From contig JBHGNT010000013.1 of assembly GCA_043228905.1 (NCBI GenBank), positions 7,006,001-7,070,000 on the forward strand: a DNA stretch of 64,000 bases. The letters run 5' to 3'. Source of the stretch: Azolla caroliniana. Taxonomy: Eukaryota > Plantae > Polypodiophyta. Position numbers and translations under genes: made by a program. A model generated the notes under the pieces. The model saw nothing but the letters and a program-made list of their open reading frames with translations, had not been told where the DNA came from and searched no databases. Position 1 is the stretch's first letter, and the number at the start of each line of letters is the position of its first letter. Below are positions 37,785-51,500 of this stretch, one piece after another.

Positions 37785-39785
37785 CTAATTTTTCCACTCG
37801 GTTACGCCGTTTTGTTGCGGAGTGTGTCGGCAAGTGAATTCTCGCCGAATTCCTTCCTTTCGGAGATACGTCGTGAAATCGTCTGAGAAGTATTGCTTGC
37901 CGCCATTCGATCGAAGGCATCGTACATGTCGGCCCGTGGTTTTCTCGACTTCATTCTTGAAATTTTGGAAGTGTCCGAACACTTCGCTCTTTTGCCGCAA
38001 CGGGTAGATCAAACTGTGCCTAGAGAAGTTGTTGATAAAGAGCACGTAATATCGGCATCCGCCGAATGTAGCCATCTGCGCCGGTCCCCATACGTCAGAA
38101 TGGACTACGTCGAGTAAACCTTTGCTCACGTTTCGCTCTTTCGGGAATGGGTATTGGTGTTGCTTGCCGAATTGGCACGCTTCGCATACACCTTCAATCT
38201 CCTTCTCTTTGAATGTCGGGAGTCCGATGACGACTACTTTCGATTTCATTGCTTTGAGTTTGTTGAGATTGATGTGGCCGATTCGCTTGTGCCATAGCTC
38301 TATGTCGGAGTCGGCTTTCGTGTTTTTCGCGAACATGGCGGATTTCATCTCGTGTGAATCGAGAATGAACATCCGACCCTCTCTTCGTCCGCGTGCGATG
38401 AGTCGGCCCTCTTTTTTGATGAAGCAACCGCCTTGATTAAATCGAACTTGCATCCCTTGCTCTACAATTTGGCTAACGGAGACCAAATTCTTCGTAATGG
38501 TCGGTACATGCATGACATTTTTAATGTAATTTTGCTTACCTTCTTTTTCGAACGGAACATTGCCAATGTGCCGAATCGGGTGCGTAGTGTCGTCTCCGGT
38601 TTCGACATAGCCGGGTCGGTCCGGCTCTCGAAGTTCTCGGAACCATTCTTGATGCGATGTCATATGGTTCGAGGCACTGGAATCGACGAACCATACGTCT
38701 TCCGGACCGGAGGCACTAGTTGAGGTAGCGGCCGACATAGAGTTTGCTCTATGTTTCATCATGAACATTCCGCCACGGTCAGAGTTGTGCGCATACATTC
38801 CGCCACGATCTTCGTAGTCAGAGTTGTGCCCATACATTTCACCACGGTCGGAGTTGTGTGCATACATTCCGCCACGATCTTCGTAGTCAGAATTGTGTGC
38901 GTAATTTGTGAGTTGTCGTCTTGTGGAAGCTGATTTACGCATCTTCTTTCGGCACTCTTCTTCGTGGTGGCCGAGCTTTCCGCAATATCCGCATTCAGTT
39001 GCGTTTTGACGGCTCGGGCCGGAGTGGAAGCTCCCCCTTCTTGTGGAGGTTCTGCGTTGGCCTCCGTTTTGCGGCCAAAATTGGGAGTTGTTGTTGTAGG
39101 TCGGACCTCGTTCGCCTTGTCCTTGCTCGAATCGGCCTCTCGCTCGTCCGCACCCTCTTCCTCCATTAGAGTGCGTGTAGAGCATGTGGCCTTCCGACTC
39201 ATTGCTCCTTGTACGCACGTGGTTTTCTTCGACCAATAGCATTGATTGGAGCTCGACGAAGGAGGGAGATTTCTCCCATGCTAGAACGGCGGTTCGCATC
39301 GCGCCGAACCGTGATGCGAGACCACGGAGGCATATTTGCACCATCTCATCATCATCTATAGTTACGCTTATTGAGCCAAGCGAGTCGCAAAGCTCCTTGA
39401 TCTTCAAGGTGTATGTCGTGATGGACATGTCCCTTTGTTGAATGTTGTTCAACTCTTGGCGGAGTTGAAGCTTCCTCGCGGTCGTGTTGGCGGCGAAAAT
39501 CTTTCGTAGATTTTCCCACGCTTCCTTCGGCATCTTGGCTTCTCGAATGTAACCGAGCATGTGGTCATGAACACATGTCGCCAAAAAATACATCACGCGG
39601 CTTGCGGCTTGCTCCCATGTCGCGTATCCGGGAGCCGCTTCGGCGGGTTCGTCTTCATGCGCTCCATTGATGTAGCTCCAATAGCCTTGTCTGACAAGGT
39701 ATTGGTGCATCTTGTACTCCCAATGTGCGAAGTTGTTTTGATCAAACTTCACGGTAGGGAGAGCGCTCCCCATTTGAGTATTCAT
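37785..39785 (-). pseudogene. Element D gag-PR-IN open stretch (666 aa)
   Basis: CGYCGKLGHHEEEC, VWFVDSSAS, LWHKRIGH, VHSDVWGP; stop codon inside integrase. Confidence 0.9.
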
Positions 39786-42700
39786 TATGTAGATTCTTCT
39801 TCTTCTTCTGGCCTCTTCGAATGCGAGCTATGTAGCGAAGCTACGATAGCTATGAGCCGGTTCTTGGTCGTCGGCGTAGAGCACAACACACGATCACGAT
39901 GAGGCGAATGGGCTAGATCGAGCTACCAAATCGCTCTGATACCATGTAAAGAATCAAGAGATGGATTCTTGTGAAGCGGAAGAGATGTGAGTTATGTGTG
40001 TGTGTAAGAGAGAGAGAGAGAGAGTGAGTGAAACACAGAGAATACGCAAGGTAAAAGTATATTGACAAAGGAGAAAGACTCAACAACTATACAAGGTGGG
40101 AGGAGGGTGCTTTATATAGTCACCCTCTCTCTTCATTAACTACAAGACTCATGGAGCATGGGGAATGTGAAATCTCATAAGTTATGTGTAATAGAATATG
40201 ATTCTATGACTCATACTAAATGCTAGAATACAAAGTGGTGACATAATGGTGACTCTTGACCGTTGGAGTGTCTTTTCACTCTCAAGGTGAGTTCACACAC
40301 TAGACCAAGATGAGCTTGATTCTCAACAATAAGTTATATGTCATAGAATATGATTCTATGACTCATACTAAATGCTAGAATACAAAGTGGTGACATAATG
40401 GTGACTCTTGACCGTTGGAGTGTCTATTCACTCTCAAGGTGAGTTCACACACTAGACCAAGATGAGCTTGATTCTCAATACGCTCCCTCAAGCTCAAGTT
40501 GGGTCAGTTTCAGACGGTATCCGAAATCCGCTTCGACTCGCGTTCCAGAGTCCGCGTTGACTCGTGTCGACTCGCATTTATGCGGAGTTGCGGAATACAT
40601 GCTCCAGCTTACGTTGTGCATAGTTGCGAAGTCTGTGCTTTGGCTTGTGTGTTTCTTCGCGGCTTTGCGCGATAGACTGGCTCTTCACAGCTTCGTTGTG
40701 CGGTTGCGGAATCCACGCTTCGCGGCTTCGTTGCGTGGTTGCGGAATCCACGCGTTATTGTGTAGTGTCTTCAGTACTCCCCCTCAAGTTGGGCAGGTCA
40801 GGGATTGTCAATCCGAGATCGGTAATGAATTGCCATAGCTTGTCGGCTCCTAAGGCTTTAATGAGGATGTCGGCCGTTTGAAGATTTGTGCTCATGTGTT
40901 GTAGGTCGACATCGCCAGCTAAAACGCGCTCTCGGATGAAGTGATAGTGCACTTCGATGTGCTTTGTCCGCGCGTGGAACACCGTGTTCCAAGCCAGATA
41001 GATACTGCTCATGGTTTCACAGTAGAGGGAAGTTGGATCCTTGATGGGTATGCCCAGATCCTTAAGTATCCTTTTGAGCCATACGGCTTCACATGTGGCC
41101 ATTGTCGCGCTCCTGTATTCCACCTCTGTGCTTGAAAGAACGACAGTTGTTTGCTTATTGCTGCTCCAGGATATTGCTCCGCTGCTGAGGGAAAAAACAA
41201 ATCCGGAGGTTGATCTTTTCTCGGCTTTGTAGCCGGCCCAATCGGCGTCTGTGTACCCCTCGAGTCGTATTGGCATGACGGTCTTGTAGAGGATGCCGCA
41301 ATCCATTGTGCCGCTCACATATCGTAGAACTCGCTTAGCGCAATACAAGTGAGTATCACATGATGTTTGCATCAATTGGCTAAGGAGACTAACCGGATAA
41401 CTGAGATCGGGTCGTGTGATCGTGAGGTAGATGAGACTCCCGATGAGTTGCCGATACTGAGTCGGCTTACACGCTTTGGTGCCGGAGTTCGCATCTAGTT
41501 TGAGATTGCGATCGAGCGGGGTTGCCGCGGATTTGCACTCAGCCATACCGAACTTGTATAACAAGTTGAAGATGTAGTGCCGTTGAGAGATCACGATTCC
41601 GGCCGGAGTCTGAATGAACTCGATGCCGAGGAAGTAGTGGAGCTCCTTCATGTCCGTCATCTCAAATTTGTTCGAAAGGAGGGATTTGACCTTAGTGATT
41701 TCGACGAGATGCTCACCTCCAATGACTAGGTCATCCACTCGAGGTGGCAAAGATGACGATCGGACTTGCGGATAAGTACAAAGCGGCTAAGAGGCTTAAG
41801 ATTGGTGTTGAACCAATTTGATCCAATGCTCACCTCGAGTTGAAGACAGGTGGTTGGATCATGTACACCTCCTCTTCTAATTCTCCTTGTAGAAAGGCGT
41901 TCTTGACGTCCATTTGATGGAGGTGCCACCCTTTCGCCAAGGCAAGCGCAATTACGATCTGTACCGTCGTCATCTTTGCCACCGGGGCAAAGGTCTCTTC
42001 GTAGTCAACTCTGTGCGTTTGTGCGTAGCCTTTCGCTACGAGTTGCGCTTTGTAGTGGTTGACGGAACCGTCAGAGTTATACTTCACTTTGTAAATCCAT
42101 CTGCATCCAATCGCCTTTTTGTGTGGTGAGGTGGGAACGAGATCCCACGTCTCGTTCTTCCGTAGTGCCTGCATCTCCTCGTTCATTGCTTTGATCCATC
42201 GCGGGTCCTTCGCGGCTTCCGAAAAGGTTTCCGACTCCCGTACTGTCGCTACCTTCATCATAAAGGAATAATGGTACGCCATATAATCGTTGTAGCCGAA
42301 TCGGCTTACAGGGTTCTTTTCACGAGTGGATCGGCGGAGCTTTTTATTTGTAGAGATGAGGGCTTTCTTGGCTCCGATTGGTACCTCGAAACCGCCGAAC
42401 TCACTGTCGAGTGAGTGAGTTGACTCATCGTCATTGAAGCGATCATCTTCGTATTCCAACATTTTCGCCTTGCCTTTGCCCATCTTCGGGCTAGCTCGTG
42501 ATGTGCTTTGATCGCTCAAAGGCTCTTGTGGTCCGCTCAATCGGGTTGTGATTGGACTTTCTTCGAACATGCGCGTAAGGCGATCTTCATCCTTTATGTC
42601 TTGTTCGGCGTATTCCGGGTGGAGCTGAATCGGAGTCGACGTTGTCTCTGGTGCGTACCAGGATGCGGACTCGTCAAAAACGACGTCTCGACTTACTCGA

Positions 42701-44239
42701 GATTTTCGAGTTGAGGGGTTGTGGCACTTGTACCCCTTTTGCCCCAGTGAGTATCCTACGAGGATACATTTCTCGGATTTCGGGTCAAGCTTTTGACGCT
42801 TCTCGTCGGGGATGTGCACGTACGCAATGGAGCCAAATATCCGAACATGTGATAGGTCCGGCTTCTTTCCGAAGTATTTTTCGTGCGGAGTGACCTCGTG
42901 CACGCTGAATGTTGTGCCCCGGTTCATTAGGTAGACGACCGTATTTGCAGCTTCGGCCCAATATGACTTGGGCATATGCTTCTCGTTCATCCTGGCCCGC
43001 GCTACTTCGAGGATGTGTTGATTTTTCCGCTCGGCTACGCCGTTTTGTTGCGGAGTGTGTCGGCAAGTGAATTCTCGTTGAATTCCTTCCTTTCGGAGAT
43101 ACGCCGTGAAATCGTCCGAGAAGTACTCCTTGCCGCCATCCGATCGAAAACATCGTACATGTCGAGCCGTGGTTTTCTCAACTTCATTCTTGAAATTTTG
43201 GAAGTGTCCGAACACTTCGCTCTTTTGCCGCATCGGGTAGATCCAAGTGTGCCTAGAGAAGTCGCCAATGAAGAGCACGTAATATCGGCATCCCCCAAAT
43301 GCCTCCGTTTGAGTCGGACGCCATACATCGGAATGAATTACGTCGAGTAGACCTTTGCTCACGTTCCACTCTTTCGGGAATGGGTGCCGATGTTGCTTGC
43401 CGAATTGGCACGCTTCGCATACACCTTCAACCTCCTTCTCTTTAAATGTCGGGAGTCAGATGATGATTGCTTTTGATTTCATTGCTTTGAGTTTGTTGAG
43501 ATTGATGTGGCTGATTTGCTTGTGCCATAGCTCTATGTCCAAGTCGGCTTTCGTGTTTTTTGTGAACATGGCGGATTTCATCTCGTGTGAATCGAGAATG
43601 AACATCCGGCCCTCTCTTCTTCCGCGCGCGATGATTCGGCCCTGTTTTTCGATGAAGCACCCTTCTTGGTCGAATTGTACTTGCAACCCTTGCTCAACCA
43701 TTTGGCCGACCAAGACCAAATTCTTCGTGATGGTGGGAACATGCAAGACATTTTTAATGTATGCTTGCTTACCTCTTTCGCCGAACGGAACATCGCCGAT
43801 GTGTCATCTCCGGTTTCGAGATAACCGTGTTGCTCCGGCTCTCGAAGTTTGAGAAACCATTCTTTATGAGATGTCATATGGTTTGAGGCTCCGGAGTCAA
43901 CAAACCATACGTCCTCCGGATTGAGGGCACTAGTTGAGGTAGAGGCCGACATAGAGTTTGCTCTATGTTTCATCATGAACATTCCGCCACGGTCGGAGTT
44001 GTGTGCATACATTCCGCCACGATCTTCGTAGTCAGAGTTGTGCCCGTACATTCTGCTATACTCTTCATAGTCTGAATTGTGCGCGTTATTCGTGAGTTGT
44101 CGGCTTGAGGAAGCCGATTCACGCATCTTCTTTCGGCACTCTTCTTCATGGTGGCCGAGCTTTCCGCAATATCCGCATTCGGTTGTGTTTTGACGGCTCG
44201 GGCCGTAGTGGAAGCTCCCCTTCTTGCGAAGGTTCCTCG

Positions 44240-47200
44240 GCGTGATGATGATGGTGAGAGATCATGACGTGCATCAAGAATCATTGCCCATCGTTGTGAT
44301 GATGGAGATAAGCATTGTAGAATGGTGGAGATGGTGAATGGTATGACGGTGAGAGAGAACATATAGAGAAGCATTGCGGGGTGGGGGGTGGTGCCTAGAA
44401 TGGCTCCACCCCCCCTCCCAAGGGGGTTCAATGTTGAGGGGGAGAGAGAGAGAGAGAGATGAAAAGAGAGATAGAGAGAAATTTTCATTCATATTTCATT
44501 CATTCCCCATAAGGGGTTAAATAGTACAAGAGGGGGTAGATACATAGGGGTGTAAGTCCCCTCGAGCATTCATACTGGACACTCACTCACACCTCCTCGT
44601 ATCCATCCACATGCACACACGTGTGCATGTGTTCACATACGTATAGACTCACAACTATATTTATACCCCCTACACATACACAACATCATGATAACATTCG
44701 ACCCTTGCTCATCACACTTGACTCTCCGTACATCTCGTACGGGGTAACACAATATGGCACGCCCGTGGGAAAGTGCCTTGCACGTCGATCCCACATGCCT
44801 TGATGATGATATTTCTTCGACCGAAACTTCCATCAGTCCTTTCATTGATCGACTTCCTCGATCGGAGTGCTTGACTCGAACATCTTTGTCGGTCAGAAAA
44901 TCTTCCGCGAAAGGAACATTCTCGTTCTGTCGACTTACGAACTTCGTAAAATCATTCGGGTCGTCAAAAATATGTTGTATGTATGTGTGTTCTTCCTTTA
45001 ATTTTTGTGTGGGTTGTCGTGGTCGATCACGTCGATTTCTTTAGGTGGATAAGTTTTTAGGTATTTTTAGCCTCAAATTTTCTAAACGAATGACAATGCC
45101 CTTAGGTTTTGAAAACTGTATATGTACCCTTATGTTTTTATAAAATTATGTACCCTCAAGGCTTTTATAATTATATTCGATACCCCTATCTCCTTTTCCC
45201 CCCTCTCTTTTCTTTCTTTCTTCATTCCTTTTTTTTTTTCCTGTTTTGCCTCTCCCGCTCTTTTCTGTCTGTCCATCTTTTTCTTGTCTCTCTTCTTTCT
45301 CTTCCTTTATGCGGATCTCGTCTTGTCTTTGTCAGAGACAGTTCTTGTTTCTCTCTCTTCTACGTCCTTCTCGTTCACGATCCCTTCTCCTTCTCCTTCT
45401 CCTTCTCCTTCTTCTTCTTCTTCTTCTTCTTCTTGATTTCTCTTTCACGATCCCTTCTTGTTCAATTTCTTCTGCAAATATTCCCTTCTTCTCTCTTTCT
45501 TCCTCTGTTTTGGTTACAGGTATCATTGGCTGTCTGTCTATCTCTGTTGCGTCTTCCATCTTTCTTTGTTGTTTGTCATAACCATCGCCATTGCCGCCCA
45601 TCTCTGTCCGGCCCTTCTAGCTCTGTCACCTTTTGATGTTCTATATGTATTCGTTTTCGTCTTCGGCTCCAGCGCCATCTCTGTCTGTCTTCGTCCGTCG
45701 CTTCACTGTCCATCTACGTCGGCGTCTCTCTCTTCGTTTGGCCCTGTCCAATCGTTCTTTTTCCGCTACTCGACCCTCGGTTTGCCTGTCGCTTTCCGGC
45801 CTTTTCCGTCTATGTCTTGGTGGTTGTCCGGCCACCACTCCATTGCAAACTCCATCACCGTCTTTGTCGGTTTTCGTCCGTGTCTGTGTCTCCGGCTCCG
45901 TTGCCGTCTCCAACCGCTCTCCGACCGGCACTTTTCCGGCCTCTCGTCAGTCTTTGTCGGTGTCGCAGTTCTGGGCATCGATCTGTCTTAGTCCGACCCG
46001 TTCCGGTCGGTTTTCCGGTAGTCGGTTCGGTTGCTGTTCGGCTGCTCCCATCTCTCGCCATTTTGGTTGGCTTCCGCTCCATCATCGTTGCTTTTATCAA
46101 GCTTTCCACTGTTTGGCCTCTGTCTGGCCACTCCATCTTCGGCCAGTGTCTCTCCGGTCTTCTTTCGGCATCATCATTGTTCCTGCCGTCAGTTGTCGAG
46201 CCGCCACCATCGTTCCAGCCCCTATCCGGCCGTTCTGAATGTTGTCCGACCACTCCGACCACTTCTTGGCCGTTGGTATGTGGCCACCACCGTCTTTTCG
46301 ATCTGTCGTGTTTTTCTAGCCGTCTCTGTCCGCTTTTTGGCCGGCCGGCCGCCGGCTGTTCTTGGCTGCTGTCGGTAGGTCCGAATGTCCGTCTCTGACC
46401 ATATCTTTCTGGTCCTTCGTTCATTCTTCCATCCATCCGTTCGGCCGTTTCCGACCATCAAGTCGTTGTTCAACGGTCTTTGTCTCTTCACATATCTGTC
46501 GTTGTCGACCTTGTCCGACTGTCTTCGTTTCTGGCTACGTCGTGTTGGTGTCTTTGTTTCCGTCTGGGTTTGCTAGTTGCCTCTGTCATTGTTTGTCAAC
46601 CGCCCATTTCGTCTGACCGTTTGTCTGATTTGGTCCGGTCCTTCGTCTTTCTGGTTGTGTCTATCTGGCTGGCCGTGGCCTTCCGGGACTTTGTCTCTGG
46701 TTCCGACATTCTGCATTGCCCATGGTCTTTGTGTGATATCTCTGTCGCAGTCGACATCCATGTCTCTGTTTGTCCGGCGGTCTTCTTCTTTGTTAGGTGT
46801 CTCCGACTGCGTCTTTCCGGTGCTGTTGGTTTCTCTGTTCGTCGATGTCTGGTTTGCGTTTGCATCTCTTCTCTGTCTTCTATGGTTCTTCGGTGTTAAC
46901 CAACTCTGGTTCTTGTTCCGACTCTCTCCGCGTTGTTTCTTCTAGAACCATTTCCCGTGCATTCTCAGCACATCCTGCCGGTCTCCGCTCCACACACTGC
47001 GACTTTCTCCGCAGTCTCTTGGTGGGCTTCTCTTTCCGGTCGTGCTGGCACCGGTTCCCTTTGCGTTGCTGTTTGTCCAGCCGTGCATCTTGCACCATGC
47101 TTTTGAGAACACGCACATTGTCGCTAACCGCTTTCGGAAACACGCAAATGGACACTAATCGCAACCTCGCACAAACATTGTTGCCATTCATGCATTCCTC

Positions 47201-48535
47201 CATAGACTTCCTCCAACATCTTCACCGTCATTTTCGCCATTTCTTGCACTTAGTCGTTATGGCTTGCACATCCGCGTATCATTCTTTGACTCTGTCTCCA
47301 AAGGGGGGTCACCTTAGTGGTCGCCAAAAGGTGTTATAGGTTTTAGGGTTAATGATGATAATGATAAAGATAGGAATAGAGTTAACAATCATGGTAGATT
47401 GATAATGTATGCGTGATGATGATGGTGAGAGATCATGACGTGCATCAAGAATCATTGCCCATCGTTGTGATGATGGAGATAAGCATTGTAGAATGGTGGA
47501 GATGGTGAATGGTATGACGGTGAGAGAGAACATATAGAGAAGCATTGCGGGGTGGGGGGTGGTGCCTAGAATGGCTCCACCCCCCTCCCAAGGGGGTTCA
47601 ATGTTGAGGGGGAGAGAGAGAGAGAGAGAGAGATGAAAAGAGAGATAGAGAGAAATTTTCATTCATATTTCATTCATTCCCCATAAGGGGTTAAATAGTA
47701 CAAGAGGGGGTAGATACATAGGGGTGTAAGTCCCCTCGAGCATTCATACTGGACACTCACTCACACCTCCTCGTATCCATCCACATGCACACACGTGTGC
47801 ATGTGTTCACATACGTATAGACTCACAACTATATTTTGTTGTAGATCGACCCTTCGATTCTCCTTCTTTGCTCGGCCACAACCGAGTAAGCACAAATCAA
47901 TGCAGCAGAAAATAGGAACCACAAAGAGAAACAAAAAAACGCGAACACACAGGGATTAACGTGGAAAACCCTGTACGGGAAAAAACCACGGGAGTACAAG
48001 ACTCCAAACCAACACTATACAGAGAAGTATACAATGGCGAGCTACAAGGCGACGACCTTGAGCTCGCTATCCTCGCCACAGACGGCGGAAATACAGAGAG
48101 GTGTCTACCTCTTCCTCTCTCGCGCTCTATCTCTCTCACGGCTGCTCTCTCTTCACTCCTCTAGAGTGGAAAAACAAGAAAATGATAAGCAACACTAAAA
48201 CAGTTTGCCCTAAGTCATATTTATACATATATGACTTTGGGGCTATTTACAACTATAGCCTCAGGGGCCCTTAGCAGACATATTCACGGATATGTCCCTG
48301 CATCCGGATCTCTTCTTCGGGTACATTCGTCATCCGACTCCGAAGTCGGGTCTTCATCATCCGGTTCCGAAACCGAAACCGGGCTGGTCGGCATTCATCT
48401 CCGATATCCGACCATCCCATCCGAAGGGACCGTAATCCCAACATATTTATACCCCCTACACATACACAACATCATGATAACATTCGACCCTCGCTCATCA
48501 CACTTGACTCTCTGTACATCTTGTATGGGGTAACA
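44240..48535 (+). mobile_element. Non-autonomous LTR element, Tat-like (tRNA-Arg-type PBS), with no gag-pol
   Basis: 5' LTR 44240-44749 (first ~80 bp missing), PBS TGGCACGCCCGTGGGA at 44755, CT-rich interior, 3' LTR 47332-48535 (TGTTA..TAACA) interrupted by a solo LTR. Confidence 0.85.
47837..48443 (-). mobile_element. Solo LTR related to the copia A LTR
   Basis: TGTTG...CAACA termini, TSD TATTT; absent from the sister LTR at ~44660; shares GGGTTTTCCACGTTAA and ATAAATATGACTTAGGGCAAAC. Confidence 0.92.
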
Positions 48536-51500
48536 CCCTTGCTCAACCATTTGGCCGACCAAGACCAAATTCTTCGTGATGGTGGGAACATGCAAGACAT
48601 TTTTAATGTATGCTTGCTTACCTCTTTCGCCGAACGGAACATCGCCGATGTGTCATCTCCGATTTCGACATAACCGTGTTGCTCCGGCTCTCGAAGTTCG
48701 AGAAACCATTCTTTATGAGATGTCATATGGTTTGAGGCTCCGGAGTCAACAAACCATACCTCCTCCGGATTGAGGGCACTAGTTGAGGTAGAGGCCGACA
48801 TAGAGTTTGCTCTATGTTTCATCATGAACATTCCGCCACGGTCGGAGTTGTGTGCATACATTCTGCCACGATCTTCGTAGTCGGAGTTGTGCCTGTACAT
48901 TCCGTTATACTCTTCGTAGTCTGAATTGTGCGCGTTATTCGTGAGTTGTCGGCTTGAGGAAGCCGATTCACGCATCTTCTTTCGGCACTCTTCTTTGTGG
49001 TGGCCAAGCTTTCCGCAATATCCGCATTCGGTTGTGTTTTGACGGCTCGGGCCGGAGTGGAAGCTCCCCTTCTTGCGAAGGTTCCTCGTTGGCCTCCGTT
49101 TTGCGACCGAAATTGGGAGTTGTTGTCGTAGGTCGGTCCTCGTCCGCCTTGTCCTTGGCCGAATCGGCCTCTTGCTCGTCCACGTCCTCCTCTTCCTTTG
49201 TTCGAGTGTGTGTAGAGCATGTGGGCTTCTGACTCGTTGCTCCTTGTATGCACGCGTTTTTCTATAACCAATAGCATTGATTGGAGCTCAAAGAAGGAGG
49301 GAGATTTCTCCGTTGCTAGAATGGTGGTTCGCATCACGCCGAACCATGGTGCGAGGCCGCCGAGGCATATTTGCACCATCTCATCATCATCGATATTTAC
49401 GCTTATAGTGTCGAGCGAATCACAAAGCTTCTTGATCTTCAAGGTGTATGTCGTGATGGACATGTCCCTTTGTTGAATGTTGTTCAACTCTTGGCGGAGT
49501 TAAGGCCTTCTTGCGGTTGTGTTCGCCGCGAAAATCTTTCGTAGATTTTCCCATTCCTCCTTTGGCGTCTTGGCTTCGCGAATGTAACCGAGCATGTGAT
49601 CGTGAATACATGTCGCCAAGCAATACATCACGCGACTTGCGGCTTGCTCCCATGTCGCGTATCTGGGAGCCGTGTCGACGGGTCGGTCTTTGTGCGTTCC
49701 TTTGATGTAGCTCCAATAGCCTTGTCTGACAAGGTATTGGTCCATCTTGTACTCCTACGATGCGAAGTTGTTTCGATCCAACTTCTCGGCAGGGAGAGCG
49801 TTCCCCATTTGAGTATTCATTATGTCGATTCTTCTTCTTCTTCTTCTTCTCTCTTCGAATGCTAGCTATGTAGCGAAGCTACGATAGCGATGAGCCGATT
49901 CTTGGTCGTCGGTGTGGAGCACGACACACGATCACGATGAGGCGAATGGGCTAGATTGAGCTACCAAATCGCTTTGATACCATGTAAAGAAACAAGAGAT
50001 GGATTCTGTGCAACGGAATAGATATGAACTGTGTGTGTATGAGATAGAGTGAGAGAGACAAGGAGTAAGACACAGAGAATATGCAAGGTAAAGTTATATT
50101 AACAAAGGAGAAAGACTCGACATTATACAAGGAGGGAGGAGGGTGCTTTATATAATCACCCTCTCTCTTCATTAATTACAAGACTCATGGAGCATGGGGA
50201 ATGTGAAAGCTCATAAGTTATGTGTCATAGAATATGATTCTATGACTCATACTAAATGCTAGAATACAAAGTGGTGACATAATGGTGACTCTTGACCGTT
50301 GGAGTGTCTATTCACTCTCAAGGTGAGTTCACACACTAGACCAAGTTGAGCTTGATTCTCAACAGTATGTAATGCATATTGAAGGATTTTCACCAGAGAT
50401 TTTAGATATTTTAAGTGTCTTATGGGTCAATTATATCAGATCATTTCCCATTAATTTTGAATTCACTCACCACTCAATTAGAGATTTTCATTTGTTTTTA
50501 GGAAAACCACCGTTGATTTTTAATTCGTCATTTTTGGATCATGAGGTCTTCCATGCGTATATGTGTCAATTGATTGATGCATTTGCCTATCGTGTTCAAT
50601 TTGATGGGTATGAAGTGTGGGAAGTATTTGTTGCAAATGTTCAAAGGTTAACTAGGTATTATGGAATTCACCATGCTTTTAAAAGGAGAAAGAAATTAAG
50701 TCTCCTAGTTACTTTGCTTGATAAATGCAACTCATTGTTAACTTATTGGCCAACGGATGTAGAGTTGATGGGATATCAAGAGGTATTAATTTCTGCGATG
50801 CATGATCTAACGGCAAAAAATTATCAACATGCTAGAATACATCGTCTAAGACAAGAAGTGGATGATGCTAATTGTCAATCACATAAGTTTTTTCATGACC
50901 TTCATGAATCACATGCACGACATAATGTGGTAAGCTTAGAGGAAAATGTATCATGTGTTTCGATCCTCAAGAAATTGTGAAGAAATGCATAGAATATTAT
51001 ACACAATTGTTGGATGTACAAGTGTGTATCGATGAATAGAGATGTATTTTTTAATGGAGTGAAAAATCATGTATCGCATGATGTGGCACAATAATTAGAT
51101 GCTAATATTTCAAAGGATGAGGTGAAACATGTCATGCCACATCTTGCTAATGATAAGAGTCTGGGGTGGGATGTATTAACACACGAACTCTGTAAGAAAT
51201 ATGTGATTAAGTTAAAGGGGTCTTTTACGGTTTATTTCAGAAGGTGTGGACATCAAGGGAAATGCCTCATTCTTGGAAGATTGGGGTGATCAAGCTTTTG
51301 CTGAAGGTGCCTTCTCCATCTTCCTTTGCTCAATGGAGGCCTATTCCATTGATGGGGGGGAATGTACAAGATTTTTGCAAAAGTGATGGCCAATAGGTTG
51401 CATAAACTTTTACCTTCTATTATTCATAATGCTCAATATGGGTTTTTAGCAGAAAGATACATTTTACATAATATTTTAAATGTTCAAATGACAATTGACT

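Larger units (their letters stand above)
34782..40328 (-). mobile_element. Ty1/copia element D, inserted in the 3' LTR of the related element E
   Basis: TSD ATAAG (34777-81, 40329-33); 384-bp LTRs 34782-35165 and 39945-40328; PBS-Met 39933-39944; gag-PR-IN ORF 37785-39785; RT core (YVDD) deleted at ~36527. Confidence 0.96.
34546..50364 (-). mobile_element. Ty1/copia element E (outer element of the nest)
   Basis: TSD GTATG (34541-45, 50365-69); 5' LTR 49983-50364, PBS TGGTATCAAAGC; 3' LTR split into 34546-34781 and 40334-40480; gag-pol remnants 40755-44239 and 48536-49820. Confidence 0.95.

Noticed and set aside
45100-47000. Many overlapping 100-200 aa ORFs
   Set aside because: Artefact of A-poor, low-complexity DNA lacking stop codons; no domains
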